Below, one piece after another: positions 1 through 12,700 of a DNA stretch of 64,000 nt. Position 1 is the stretch's first letter, and each line of letters begins with the position of its first letter. The position numbers were made by a program, and so were the translations under genes. Source of the DNA: Lepidodermella squamata (taxonomy: Eukaryota > Animalia > Gastrotricha); the NCBI GenBank assembly GCA_047495785.1, contig JBLDXI010000024.1, positions 4,154,001 through 4,218,000 on the forward strand. Direction: 5' to 3'. Below the pieces are notes generated by a model. It searched no databases. It was given only the letters and a program-made list of their open reading frames with translations, and was not told the origin of the DNA.

Positions 1-3000
1 TCGGAAGTCTAATCGCTGGCTTGATTGTCGGAATGATCACCGGCTGGGAGCTAGCCCTTGTCCTTTTGACATTGTGCCCTTTTGTCGGCATTCTTTCTTT
101 CTTAACGATCAATGTAGTTACGGACTATGCGCAGAAGGAAACAGCAGCGTATTCAAAGGCTGGCGCTATTGCCCATGAGGTTCTCAATGCAGTCAGAACA
201 GTGACGGCGTTCGGCGGGCAAAACGACGAAGTTTCTTTCTACGCGTCAAATCTGGACGAGGCTCGAAAGGTTGGGACTAAAAAGGGCGCCTTGACCGGAG
301 CATTGGTAGGGTTTACTTTTCTAATCAATTTCTCTTTACATGCCGTGGGGCTCATGTATGGCATCTACCTGACTGGGCAGCGAGACTCCGATTACTCACT
401 CGCCAAAGTTTTAACGACGCTGTTCGCTATTTTCCTGGGCACATCACAAATTGGAATGTCTGGTCTTTGCTTTCAGTTGTTCAATGGCGCAAGGGTAGCG
501 GCTTACCACGTTTTCGAAATAATAGATCGAGTCCCGGAAATTGATGCCTATTCGAAAGAAGGCGTCAAACCAACGCCTAATAAATTTCGTGGCAACATCG
601 ATTTGCGGAACGTTGAATTCACATACCCGTCTCGACCGACGGAGAAAGTCCTGAAAGGCATTAATTTGTCCATTCAACCTGGCCAAACAGTAGCTTTAGT
701 TGGAGCTAGCGGCTGCGGGAAGTCAACAATTGTAAATTTGATCCAACGCTTCTACGACGCGAATCACGGCACCGTTTATATCGATGGCATTGACATTCGC
801 AGCTACAACATCTATGCATTGAGGTCTTACATTGGCGTTGTAGGCCAAGAACCGGTTCTCTTCTCTGGAACGATTGCTGAAAATATCAAACTAGGCTGCT
901 CCGATGTCACGAGTGAAGATATTGAAAACGCAGCTAGGCAGGCCAATGCTCATGAGTTCATAATAGAACTGCCTAAAGGATACGATACTCCTATAATCAA
1001 GGGCCAATTGTCAGGTGGCCAAAAGCAGCGAATTGCTATCGCTCGAGCTTTGATCAGGAATCCGAGGATTTTGCTTCTTGACGAGGCAACATCTGCCTTG
1101 GATACGAAATCGGAACAGATCGTTCAGGAAGCTTTGGACAAAGCCAGCCGTGGTCGTACGACTATTGTTGTAGCTCATCGGCTGTCAACGATTGTTAACG
1201 CGGACAAGATCGTGGTTTTCGAGCAGGGGGAAGTCGCAGAAATAGGGACGCATGATGAACTTGTGGCGAAGGGCGGAGTGTATGTTGCCCTCTTCAGTGC
1301 GCAATCAGACAAAAATATTGCTGTAGACAAGGTTCGATGATTTTCCTTGTGATTGAATCAATTTAAAACATTATTGTTAGGAATTTCAGAATGGAACTGC
1401 CGCCTCGGAGGTTGAACGGAGCATTCAAATCAACCCCGAACTAGAAGGCGACCGAAGGCCCATCAAAACTCCTGATAACAAGGCTTCATTTTCTACGATC
1501 CAACTTTGCAAACTGGCTGCCCCTGAATGGCACCTGTATACCATCGGCATTTTTGCATCAGTATTAGCTGGCGGCATTTGGCCGGTTTTCTCGGTTGCAT
1601 TCACCCAAGTCATCGAAGCCTTCAGCTTTTGCAACCCTAATGCACTTCTGGGACAAGGGCTATCTTATGCCGCTGTCATTTTTAGCATTGGTTGCGGATA
1701 CCTCCTGTTACAGAGCGTTCTTTGGACAACACTTTCGATGGCGTCGGAGCGTTTAGTCCAACGGATCAGAGTTATGACCCTCAAGGCAATGTTAGATCAA
1801 GAAATCGGCTACTTTGACCTAGCTGGCAATTCAGTTGGAGCTTTGACTTCGAGATTATCGACAAAAGCATCTGCTGTGAAGGTATATTGCCGGAAAATTC
1901 ATTCAATAGTTTTATTAAATTAATTATACTTTAGGATGGAATCGGTCCACAATTAGGCTCCATGATTCAGGCGATTGTATCGATTTTATTTTCAATCGGC
2001 GTTGTTTTCTACCTAAGCTGGGAGATCGCCTTAATTATGCTAGCCTTCTTACCTCTAATCGTCATCGCCTCGTCTATCAGAATTCATCAGGACAGCAGCA
2101 ACAGGTATATTGAGAAAGCCGCAAATGTTGTTGTCGAGACAACATCATCCATTAAAACCGTAACTGCTATCGGAAATTACGAGCATTTTCGCAACGAATT
2201 CTCCACGCTCAATACAGCTCGTCACAAATACCTGGTAAATTTTCGCTATTTGTTAAATTATCAATCGCAAAAACGTAATTTATTCCAAGATTCCGAGGTT
2301 AATCATTCAAGGGGCACTCTTCGCGTGCAACACCCCCTGTGTGCTCTTCGGCTACGCCGCGGCTTTCTCTGCGGGTGCAATTTTGATTGGAGATGGAACG
2401 CGGAGCTTCGAGGCAGTTTTTTCTTCGCTAACTGTAATCATGTTTGGCGTTTGGTACGCAGTTGGCCAGGCGAGTTCAACCTTGCCTGATATCATGAGAT
2501 CGCGAAAAGCTGCGAAAGAGCTATTTGAGTTATTCAATCGGAACCCAGCGATTCCATGGCGTACAGAAAATGGGACAGCTACAGGATCCGCACCAACTCT
2601 TTGTGGCGGTGGTATTGCGACTGATGGTGTAACTTTCAAGTATCCGACGAGAGAAGCTGCCGCCCTCCGCGATTTCAACTTGGCTATTCAACCCGGAAAA
2701 ACATTGGCTATCGTCGGCTCTAGTGGGTCTGGAAAATCAACCTTTTTCCAGCTGCTTTTGCGGTTCTATGATGTGGATTCAGGAACTATAGCCTTGGACG
2801 GCAACGATATTAAAAACTTGGACATTCAATGGCTTCGCATGCAATCTGGTCTGGTTTCTCAAGAGCCAGTCCTGTTCAACCGCTCTATAGCTGATAACAT
2901 CGCTTACGGATTAAAGGACAGGAAGCCGTCTCTGGCTGAAATCCAGGCCGCAGCCGCTCAGGCTAACGCTGCGAATTTTATAAACGCAATGGCCGACGGT

Positions 3001-3393
3001 TTCGACACAATCGTTGGCGAGAATGGGGTTTGTCTATCTGTAGGCCAGAAGCAGCGAATAGCCATAGCTAGAGCTTTGATTCGCAATCCTAAAATACTGC
3101 TTCTAGACGAAGCGACTTCGGGGCTTGATTCTGAATCCGAATCTAGAGTCCTGCAAGCCTGCGAACAAGCTCGCCAGGGACGTACTACGATTATCGCCGC
3201 TCATCGACTATCAACAATTGAAAACGCTGATTTGATAGCCGTTGTTAAAGGGGGCGTCATTCGGGAGTTGGGATCGCATAGCCGATTGATGCGGAATCGG
3301 GGCATATACTGGGACCTGAGGATTGCACAGGAACCGCCACAACTGCATTTGCACAGCAACAGCGTATATGGAGTTCGCCAAGATTTAAATTGA
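1..3393 (+). CDS. ABCB-family full transporter (P-glycoprotein/MDR1-like), 5'-partial; exons <1-1331, 1381-1881, 1935-2234, 2290-3393
   Basis: TMD1-NBD1-TMD2-NBD2 order. Walker A GASGCGKST and GSSGSGKST, Q-loops VGQEPVLF/VSQEPVLF, signatures LSGGQKQRIAIAR and LSVGQKQRIAIAR, Walker B LLLDEATS twice. Three GT-AG introns of 49, 53 and 55 nt join the ORF fragments in frame. AATAAA at about 3466. Confidence 0.95.
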
Positions 3394-4301
3394 CTTTGAT
3401 CTCTGGAAAACACATTATTGAATTATTTCTAACTAGCGCTTAATAACTCTACGTACATCAATTTAAATAAAAATTGGCCAGTAATTCGCGCTAGTTAGGC
3501 CAGGAAATCAGAGCGTTCAGAGGTCTCAGAGCTGCAGCGTTGAAGCAGTGAGCAACTTCTCACTTGGGCGACAGGTGGTTATTATTATTATTCAAGTTTC
3601 AGGTTATTTCAACAGTAGACGTGATATCGCAACGACTATTAATAAGTAATAAATATATTTCGTTCGTAGGTTTATATATTTCGCAGCATTTTACCGCGCA
3701 CGTTTCGCACGACGGAACAGCTGAGAATTGATAATTTCTTTGCTGCTGATTATGTAATTGATTTAATTATAATCGTAGGCCGCGCATTTCCAGCTGCGCA
3801 AATTTTTCACATCCCATATCATGGCCTGTGGGGCACGGTTGGCATGGGACAGTCAAGGCAGCTATTTTGCTAGGTTTCCTACTGAGTGTTGTCAGCTCGG
3901 TTCGTGAATCTCTGGGTGATTACCACGCTTGTACCAGACTATCAGAAGCCGCGACGTGGGGGTAACACTATTCTCAATAGAGGTAACACTATTAAACTAG
4001 CTGAGCTCAAGCCAATAAGAAGACGGAGAGCAGAAACACCTATATCGATGAGCAAAGACTGAAAAGCCATCATGAAGAGCTTGATGCATTACCGCGGAGA
4101 ATACTGAACTAATTACAAATCGCTGGCGCTAGCACTTTGGTTTATGGTACGGTAGCACATCTTGGATTTCTAGTATATGTATTTTGGAAAATTTATAAGT
4201 ATGGCTTCAACCGCTTGGCAGCGCTCTTGAATTTTATTTGAAACATTTATATGGAGTCGTTCAATCAGCATAACTTTTATAAAATTGAGAACATGAGCCA
4301 T

Positions 4302-5517
4302 TTAACCTTCCTGCATCTTGACCAATTTCAGTATCGGAAAGGCGGTGTAAGCCGAGAGAAATGGGAGGCCGGCTTTTTTCAAGTTTTCATTCCACTCCTT
4401 CGCAAGTACGCCGCTATCGCCATCGACTTGTATGTCATAGCCACGCGAAATGATCGTCCACAACACGTACTTGATAATAGCCTCGCCGTATCGGAAGCCA
4501 ACGCACTGCCGACGAGGTCCGAGGCCGTAGCGATGGAACAAGAAATTCAGCCCAGTTTTAACCTGGCCATTTTCATCGAGAAACCGAGACGGGTCGTAGT
4601 AATCCGGGTTCTGCCAAACGGTTTCATCGTGATTTATCGTGTCAACATCCATCATAACGTCAGCACCTGCCGGTATTCTGTACCCTCCCAGTGTGATCGA
4701 CTTGGTCAATTTTTCAGGCACGGTCAGGGTTACAATCGGCTTGATACGACCCGATTCCCTCACAACAGCGTCCAAGTACGGCAGTTTCGCCACGAAATCG
4801 AAATCCGGCTCGGCATTTTGACTCAAAACTAGCCGGATTTCTTCGTTCAACGCCTGCCTAGCATGTGGAGCTAAGGCGATTAATATCAAATTTGTCATTA
4901 AAACCACGCTGGTTACGTCGAAATTGCCCAGAATTATCTCATTCAAGGTGTCTAGCAGTTCTCGTACCTCGCCAGGGTCGACTTGGTCGATGCTAGGCAG
5001 GTCTTCGTTATTGCCTAGAAAGTAGCGCATTATGAGGGTCGGAAATAGGCCGTGGTCGATTTCGGATGATTCATCGTCGATTTGAATTTCGCGCCATTTC
5101 TTCCGCAATTCCTCGTATTTTCGACGATTAAATTCTCGCCATCTCGCTGCGCAGCTTTCAGTTCGTTTGTTCAAGCTGTGAGGTAGTTTCTTGAAGAATG
5201 GCACCCTCAGCAGCGGGTTAGCGACTGACTCTGACATCAATTCACTCAATTCACCGGCCATTTCGCATATCTCCAAGAAAATTCCCTCCCATTTTTCACG
5301 GTACCAGATAGCCCAGCTGAAACTATTGCAAATTTTCGCAAATAAGAAGTTGACTAATCTAGGCAATTATGTATCTAGAATCTAAAGGTTGCCAGCTAAA
5401 GCCCACACCTTCGTTGCCAAGGACTCTTAAAGAAATACAAGGAAGCATTTCATGATGACCAAATAATGTGTATAGAGAATTAAATTGCCTTTCGTCGCGA
5501 AACAAATTGTGATTCAT
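4302..5517 (-). CDS. Atypical cytochrome P450, apparently lacking N-terminal region (main exon about 4302-5353; possible first exon 5409-5517)
   Basis: K-helix ExxR (ESGR), meander PSRF, heme motif YGLGPRRQCVG, I-helix GNFDVTS. A putative 55-nt GT-AG intron (5354-5408) links an ATG at 5517 in frame, with TATAAA about 25 nt upstream. The 5' model is uncertain; P450 identity is secure. Confidence 0.85.
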
Positions 5518-5692
5518 TTTTTTAACGCGCCAGGCATTTTTATAGGAAAAGGACGGTCATCACTCCAAGAATTGTGGATTCCCCTGGCTTATTGCGCGTG
5601 GCTCTGAATCCAAATCGTCATTGAATTATTTATGGCAGCTTTTTGGACATTAACTATGATGATCATGAGATATATGCCAAGGGTATCTAACG

Positions 5693-6946
5693 TCACCATT
5701 TATTTATTTCGAATTCATCAAATTTCAGGTAGTTTTTCAAGCATTGCGGAAGACAAGTCAAACCATCGATAATGACGCGCCTCCTCCTGACGCCATACGG
5801 CAAAGTTAGCAGTACAGCGTGTCTTGCTAAGGATTGCAACTGCCACGGGTACATTCTGCGCAGTTTTTCATCACTCCGCACATGAACAGGCAGTGAACTG
5901 GGCGATCGACGCGACTGCAGGAAAATTTGAAGCGGCACGTCAGCTCGCGACCAAATGCGCAGACTCGCCTCTTCGAAGCCCGGCAAATCAAAAGCATGCC
6001 ATGGCCCGAAATACACGTCAAATCTAGCGCCAGCTTTTAGAAGAACCAACAAACAATTTGAGATAGACTTTAAAAAGTTCGAAACAGCCGAGCCGTGTTC
6101 ATAAGCGTAGAAATGCCAGCATTCTATCGCCGTTCTCAACGGGTTGTTTTCTCTAGAATTTTCAATTTCAGCCGCTGTTTCAATCATCATTTCAGCAACT
6201 TCAGGCCATTCTCGGCTTAGAACAGCTAAATGGGACAATACTTGATTGTCAGATCTGTGGTCGCTTGGTTGGAAAAGTGTCGAAAATTGCGATGTTCGAT
6301 TGCAATTCTCTAGTAAAATCCGCAAGATTTCCGTAAGCCTTTCTGTCGTTTCTGGATGAGGGTCGTGTAAATTGGACATAATTTCTCGAAGACACAAGCC
6401 AATAGGCTGAAAGTTGTCGTCATGTTCATGATAACTGTGGTACAAAATTGAGCGAACTGCGGATATTCGATTCGAAGCCATTAGGGTTCGAACAATCTCC
6501 ACCAACTGCTGTTCGATTGCGTGAAGGCAAAGTGCGCAAATTAAACAAGTTGGAATGTTGATTTCCTTATCAAGAATTTGCTTCAGTGCCGATGCATCAT
6601 CGAGGTTTAAACACGACCACAGCTTGAAAAACAATGCGGGAGTGAACACATCTTCAATTCGAGTGGTTAAATGTTCGGAAAATAAATTATTGACAGCATC
6701 TTGGCGGTCTCCTAGATTATCGCAATCACTATCGAATTCGAGCCAAATTTCGCTTTCAAGCCGGAGGTAAAAATTGCCGAATAGCTGGAGGTTAGAGCCA
6801 AAGCCAGACACGGTAATTCCGAAGCCGAGTTCCGAGCTGATTTTCGAGGCAATTTCTTCCGCCAAATGCCATAATTTTTGATGAAAATCTGTGTCGGCTG
6901 ATAATTCACACAGGCCGTGGCATACGTATTCGGAATGTATATTCAT
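5693..6946 (-). CDS. Intronless SOCS-box protein with degenerate ankyrin-like repeats (ASB-like Cullin-RING E3 adaptor)
   Basis: 417-aa ORF. C-terminus PWQLQSLARHAVLLTL...IDGLTCLPQCLKNYLKF fits BC-box + Cul5-box (LPxxLxxYL). Ankyrin-like segment NPLRTAIE...CLLVLLKAGA. Confidence 0.8.
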   Translation of the reverse strand: MNIHSEYVCHGLCELSADTDFHQKLWHLAEEIASKISSELGFGITVSGFGSNLQLFGNFYLRLESEIWLEFDSDCDNLGDRQDAVNNLFSEHLTTRIEDVFTPALFFKLWSCLNLDDASALKQILDKEINIPTCLICALCLHAIEQQLVEIVRTLMASNRISAVRSILYHSYHEHDDNFQPIGLCLREIMSNLHDPHPETTERLTEILRILLENCNRTSQFSTLFQPSDHRSDNQVLSHLAVLSREWPEVAEMMIETAAEIENSRENNPLRTAIECWHFYAYEHGSAVSNFLKSISNCLLVLLKAGARFDVYFGPWHAFDLPGFEEASLRIWSRADVPLQIFLQSRRSPSSLPVHVRSDEKLRRMYPWQLQSLARHAVLLTLPYGVRRRRVIIDGLTCLPQCLKNYLKFDEFEINKW

Positions 6947-7548
6947 AAAGCTTTATCAGCTTACTACAAATCTAGAAAGCAGATCACGAATGAAATAAAG
7001 TTTGAGGAGAACTAGAGCCAAGAATGTTCAAAATCTAGCTTATTACGGCCATTGGAATGTTTCCAGATCCAAGATGATTATCATCAATCAAACCAATCAG
7101 TTACAAGTTAAGCAAATCGCAGGCCAAAAAAAATCAATAAATACGACCTGAAAACGCGTGCTAAAACAATTAATGAATGAAAAACTTCTGCTACATACTC
7201 CAAATCAAATGGATGAACAAGTGCTAATTCATCATCTTTCTCTACCGGTTTCAATTTTATAAGCTGAGGGAAACCTATCAGCCTCGAGAAATTTCCGGAA
7301 ATCTCACATTACGGACAAGGCAAGTTGGATTGGCAACAAGAAGGAAAACTACACAGTTTATTTTTGCCTTTTAAATGTCGTCCTGTTAGCCGGGAATTAC
7401 ATTCAAGAATTGAATAATGGAAGGCAGTTGTCGGTTATTCGCCGTGCAATTTAAACCACTATTTTTATGAATATAACTTTATTCATGTTCACCGAATTGC
7501 CGTTCGGATAAGTTTAATATGTTAAGCAGGTGAAGAAGGTGTGATTTC

Positions 7549-9437
7549 TCACTGGCGATCGCATTGGTTAGATACAGTCGTCGATAGCGTAACTGTAGCC
7601 GAGGTAGTGATCGCTGCAGCACAACTCAGAGTTCGGTTGAATTTTGCCAGAGCAGTCGGCTCACTGCCAGCCGTTTCTTCTTCTGCAAGTACAGTGACGG
7701 TTTCACTGCCGAATCGGCAAACAGGCAAGGGCTGCCAGCACGTCGGCATAACTGTAACCCCATCTCGCTCTTTTTCTGTTAAATGAATTGTTTAGGAGAA
7801 GAAGAAAGTATCATGGATAAAATACTTAACACCCCTGTTAGGATTGATTATCTGAGCCTATTCTAGGTCCAATATGCGTAATCCTCGCACGAATCTTCAT
7901 GTTGAGCCCAATACCAATCCCGACTCTATATACGTCAGAGCTTAATAAACTTAAGCCCCCCTCTCTCTGAGCCGCTAGCCGAGATTTATCATTCATGAAA
8001 TCTTTGGCAGACCCAAAACTTACTTTCTATCAGGACCGCCAGATCGCTGACATAAGTGTTCAACTGGCCGAAGTTGGCCAAACATGTCTCAAAGTTGGAT
8101 CCACTATCGTGGCCAGCCCGCCAATCTTCAAATCCATGGCACTCCAGATTGTTACAAGTTCCATTGACCGGTGCCCCGGCTTTTATCAACAGTTGAATAA
8201 CTAATCCAATGGTAGCAAGTGATCTCGGCTTTTTCCGGTACAAAGGCAAAGTTTTGCACAATAGATTATCGACATCAACGCGAGCGCCATGCTGAATTAG
8301 CAAGTGAACAATGGCTGGCAGGTTAGGGTTTGCGAGATAAACCCTGTTCGAGATATCGTCGTGGTAGATCCTATCGCCATGCACCGCGGACAATGCCGCC
8401 GTAAGGGGCCGAATCGAGCATTGTTCGCGGCAGTTAGCATCGGCGCCTAGTTCCAGCAATGCAGTTGTTTGTTCGACGAAGCCGGCTACGGCATATTGAT
8501 GCAGAACACCCCAGACCCACTTAGGATTTTCTACTTTTGCGCCACGGGCTACCAAAGCTCGGATAACTTCTGTTCCACGTGTTTTACTCGAATCGAAAGC
8601 ATTTCTCGGATCCATGTATTTATAAGGACCCATGAGTGAATTAGCCCAGGCGAAGTCGTAATGATGAGAAACATGCGGCAACGCGGTGTTTGGATCAGCG
8701 CCTCGATCGCACAGGAAGTTGACCATGCGTGCAGAAAGAGCCATGTGCAGTACGGTGTTGCCTTCAACGTCCGTGACGAGTGTAGCGCCTCTATCCACTA
8801 GGAGTCTTGCCGCTCTGATGTTATCCCTCAGAATTGCGATGTGTAGAGCCGTGTAGCCAAGCCTATCTCTCGCGTCCAACATTTGCCTCGCCAATTTACC
8901 GCCATCGTAATCTAAAAATGCGTTGATTACATTGAGCTTTCCCCCATCAGCAGCGTAGTGAAGCGGGGTGAATAGAGATTCGTCGTCCCCGCTCCAAACT
9001 TCAACAGGCCACTTCCGAGCCATTAGCAAATTGACGGTTCTGACTGTCGACCCAATAGCAGCTGCGTGCATAATCGACTGACCCTTGTCGTTGCGTAATT
9101 TGCCGAGCAGCAGCGTGTCGTTGAAAAGTTCTTGCACAACGTCTCGCTGGTCGGTGAACAAAGCATAATGCAAAGGGGTGTTACCCTGTAGCTCATCTTT
9201 CGCATTCAAAATTACGCCTATCTCTGAGCTATTGCTTATTTCGTCGAGAATTTCGCGCACATACGTAAAGTTTCGCTGATTTACAGCATCGTGAAGGGCG
9301 TTCGAACGATATGCTATCTCTGTATAGCAGTAAGTGCCGATGTTGTCAACGCATTGATCATCTTCGGTAAACTCATCGAGATCGGTTGCTAATATCGAGG
9401 AAGTAAGCAGAAGCGGTAAGATCAGCAGCGAAAGCAT
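7549..9437 (-). CDS. Signal-peptide-bearing ankyrin repeat protein (exons 9437-8024 and probably 7775-7549)
   Basis: Starts MLSLLILPLLLTSSILA (signal peptide). Multiple ankyrin repeats (GNTPLHYA, FTPLHYAA, GYTALHIA, GNTVLHMA, LVDRGA, LLELGADAN). GTAAGT donor at 8023 (phase 1) matches an AACAG acceptor at 7776 in phase with the 7549-7749 ORF. Confidence 0.85.
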
Positions 9438-9705
9438 TTTCGAAAAATATCTCTTCAGCTGGATGATCACGTTGGTTTTAACTTTGGCAGCACCGAATAT
9501 TTTGATCTCATGCAAATTTTGAGCTGAGGCGTGACGGCGATTGAAACCTGAATACACTGGATTTCCGAGTTTTTTGCGTGATAATAGAAACAACGGGGCT
9601 TGGAACATCGGCCAAACAAAAAATGGTAATTTATTTCGCGCTCAAGCGAATTTTGTTGAAATGTTTCCGCTCTTGGATCAAAGTTTATTCGTACAGAAAA
9701 CGGGA
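9438..9705. promoter_or_regulatory. Putative bidirectional promoter / shared 5' region of the divergent ankyrin gene pair
   Basis: Only 268 nt separate the two head-to-head start codons (9437 on -, 9706 on +). Inferred from geometry only. Confidence 0.5.
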
Positions 9706-12700
9706 ATGAAAATTGCAGCCATAATTGTTGCGGTGCTGCTCGCACCATCAGCGGCAATGCCTCGACAGCCGTGCAGCAGTCAGTACGACTACAGTTCAGA
9801 CTGCGATGAAAGTGGCGGCAGTGCTGCTTCGATGCATGACGCTCTGCTTAGAAATGACGTGAAAGCTCTGGAGGAACTCTATGCGGAATCAGCAGATAAA
9901 GCTAACTTCATCAACGCCAAAAACGTCGATTTGATGTCGAATACCCCGCTGATGACGGCTTTAGATGCTAGTGCCTTTGAAGTTGCGAGTTGGCTACTCA
10001 ACCACGATGCGAACGTCAGTGCAGTGAACGACCAGGGCTCGACGGCGCTTCACTACTTGGTTCAAATGATTGGCAAAATCGACGCGTCAGCAGAGAAATC
10101 CTGCCATGGCATACACAAACTTATGCCGTCCCTGGTAAGCTGCCTTAAGTATCATAAGTAACCTTCACCAGAATTGAAAATATCTGCATGATCCAGAGAA
10201 ATATTTCGAGAATGTTTTAGAATTGGGGAGCGAGGGGGAGAGGGGGGGTGGAGGGGTAGTGGCGAAATCGGAGAGAATGCTCAGCATTTGGGGTTGGGTG
10301 CTAAATTTTGGGGGTGGTTTGGGGTTTGGTTGGGGGTGGCTAGATAAACCCATTCAGACGAGATTTCTCGGACTTATGTATCTTGTTATCCGGATCGTAT
10401 CGTAAAATATGCCTTCTTAATGGCCGAATTATAAACTCATAAAACCTTCTTCCAAGCAGGGATTTTTTGATATTTTCTAAACGGGCAGGCATTTTTTGAT
10501 ATTTTTATATAAAAAAATGCCCGCTTGTCCAGAAAATATCACCAAAAACCCCACTTGTCAAACACACAAGAGAAACCCGAAAAAGCTCAAGCAACACTTC
10601 AAAACGATTTTATTGAAAATCACAAAAATGGGGTGAAAATTGGGCAGAACTCCGGAAGAAAAAGTGCGGACCGGTATCAAATCGGGCAGCATTCACCCCC
10701 ATCGAACAGCACTTGGCCATGAGCTCGTGAAAATCGGGCAGAACTCGTCCAGAATTTCGCGGAAATTGAGCAGAATTCGTCCAGGATGTCGCGGGGATCA
10801 AGCAACGATCGGCCAGCTTTCGATGAAATCGAAGACAGCTCAGGCAGCATTGGATCCGAGAATCCGAGAAATCGCAACAGGGCATCGATTGCGATTTTTT
10901 TAAGTTGGATCTTTTAATTTCAAATCAAATCAATAGAAATTCAGCGAGAGTGTACCATACAATACTAGTAACAATACTAGTAACCCTGAAAATTTTACGA
11001 TACGACCCGGATAACACACATATACGGAAGCCAATCAGGTTATATGGGTTTAAAATCGCCTTCAGGCTGATATTTCGTCCTTCGGCTGCGCCTCAGGCCG
11101 AAATATAAGCCTTCAGGCGATTATAAACCCATATACCCTTCTTGTCTTCCGTATATTATATAATATTTCGCAAATTGCATGCCCACTATGGTGCCATGAT
11201 CAATCTTTTTCTCATCTGATTTTTTTTACTGCAGATCCGTCACAAATCAATGACTGTGGCGACTATTAATGCGAAAGATAATCTAGCCGGCCAAACAGCC
11301 CTTCACCTAGCCGCATCTATCGGAGCACTCCACGTCGTCAAGCTGCTCATCGAAGCCGGCGCTGCTTTGGAAATTAGAGACACAGCTGGTCAAACCGCAC
11401 TCCACCTTGCTGTTCTAAACTGCCAGCTGCCAACAGTTCGTTTTCTTGTTGATAAAGGCGCAGACAAGCAAGCAACGATTCAATCGGATTCTGGAGCTAA
11501 TTCACTGCTTCACTTGGCAACCGTTTACGCGGACTGTTCGGATCATAAACACCAGACGTTGGTGATTAACGTCGACGGAGAATTTAACCCTGACGTGTCC
11601 ACTACTGCTAGGCGATTGTTGCTCATAAAATATTTCCTTGGTCTTTACGGCGAGGCTAACATTCGAAATGGCAGAGACTTACCCCCAACCGGTGAACTCC
11701 TGATGAGTCAACACAGCCAGCCGGCAGATTCGCCAAGCACCCTGCCTCTGCTGAAGTTCCTCTATGAAAACGGGGCGAAAGACTTCTATAACAATAAGAA
11801 TGGCCAGTCGATTTTCACAGCAGCAGTCATCGCAGAGGACCGGCAGGCTTTAGATTGGCTTATCCAGCGGCAGGCTAATGATTCTGAAATAACTGTTTGC
11901 AAGGGACAGTGTGGGGCAGATGATGCCTTGACGCGGGCTGTTATCCACTGCGCTCCTGATTACGTTTCTACCCTACTCGAATACGGAAGTTTCGACCCTC
12001 AGAATTCAGTCTGCCATGCTATTCATTTGAAGCCATCTGAGACTTGTTCGAACAGCTCCATTGAACGCATTGTGACACTGCTGCATCAGCATGGGGCTAA
12101 TTTTCGGTCGATGCTGTGCTACTCGCATTACGTAGGCACCCCAGCGCTACAAACTCGCAGGCAAAGCGGAAACTCGCATAAACGAGTGACGAGGGTAGCT
12201 GTAGCCTTAGCTGTCCCAGCGGTTCAAGTCGCAGGAATTGGACTAGCCTATGGCCTTCTCGGTTTGGCTCTCTTGTCGAGTCTGCCAAAGGGAGGATTGA
12301 AATTGCCGTTCCCACCTCTTCCTGGCAGTCTTGGTTGCCCAAAAAAGCAACCCTGCGAACACGGCGGGTTTCCGGGATCGGGTTCTGCTTGCCAAGCTCC
12401 GGTAAGAGATCTGAAGCAATTTAAATCCATCGCAATACATCGTATTCTATTTATAGCCTGACCAAGCCCCGCCAGTTCCGGATAATACTCCGCCAGTCCC
12501 AGATTTCAATATTCCAGTTTTCAAAATGCCGCACAAGCAGAGAGAAAAGAGAAGGAAAGAAGCTGAACGGCGCCCGTCGCCACCCGGACAAACTGGGCAA
12601 GAACGTGGACTTCGAGGAGCTGGGCCGAGTCAAAAGCCAAAGCTGCATTTCGGAAAATCTGGAACAAGGAAGGATGCGAAAGAGCGGGCGAAAAACGGTG

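Noticed and set aside
4251-4832. 193-aa plus-strand ORF and the many other antisense ORFs over PKD/ABC exons
   Set aside because: Shadow frames of well-supported genes with no recognisable motifs.
9438-9705. Overlapping N-terminal ORF extensions (7989-9608 and 9541-10161)
   Set aside because: They rely on non-ATG or upstream starts; ATGs at 9437 and 9706 directly precede signal peptides.
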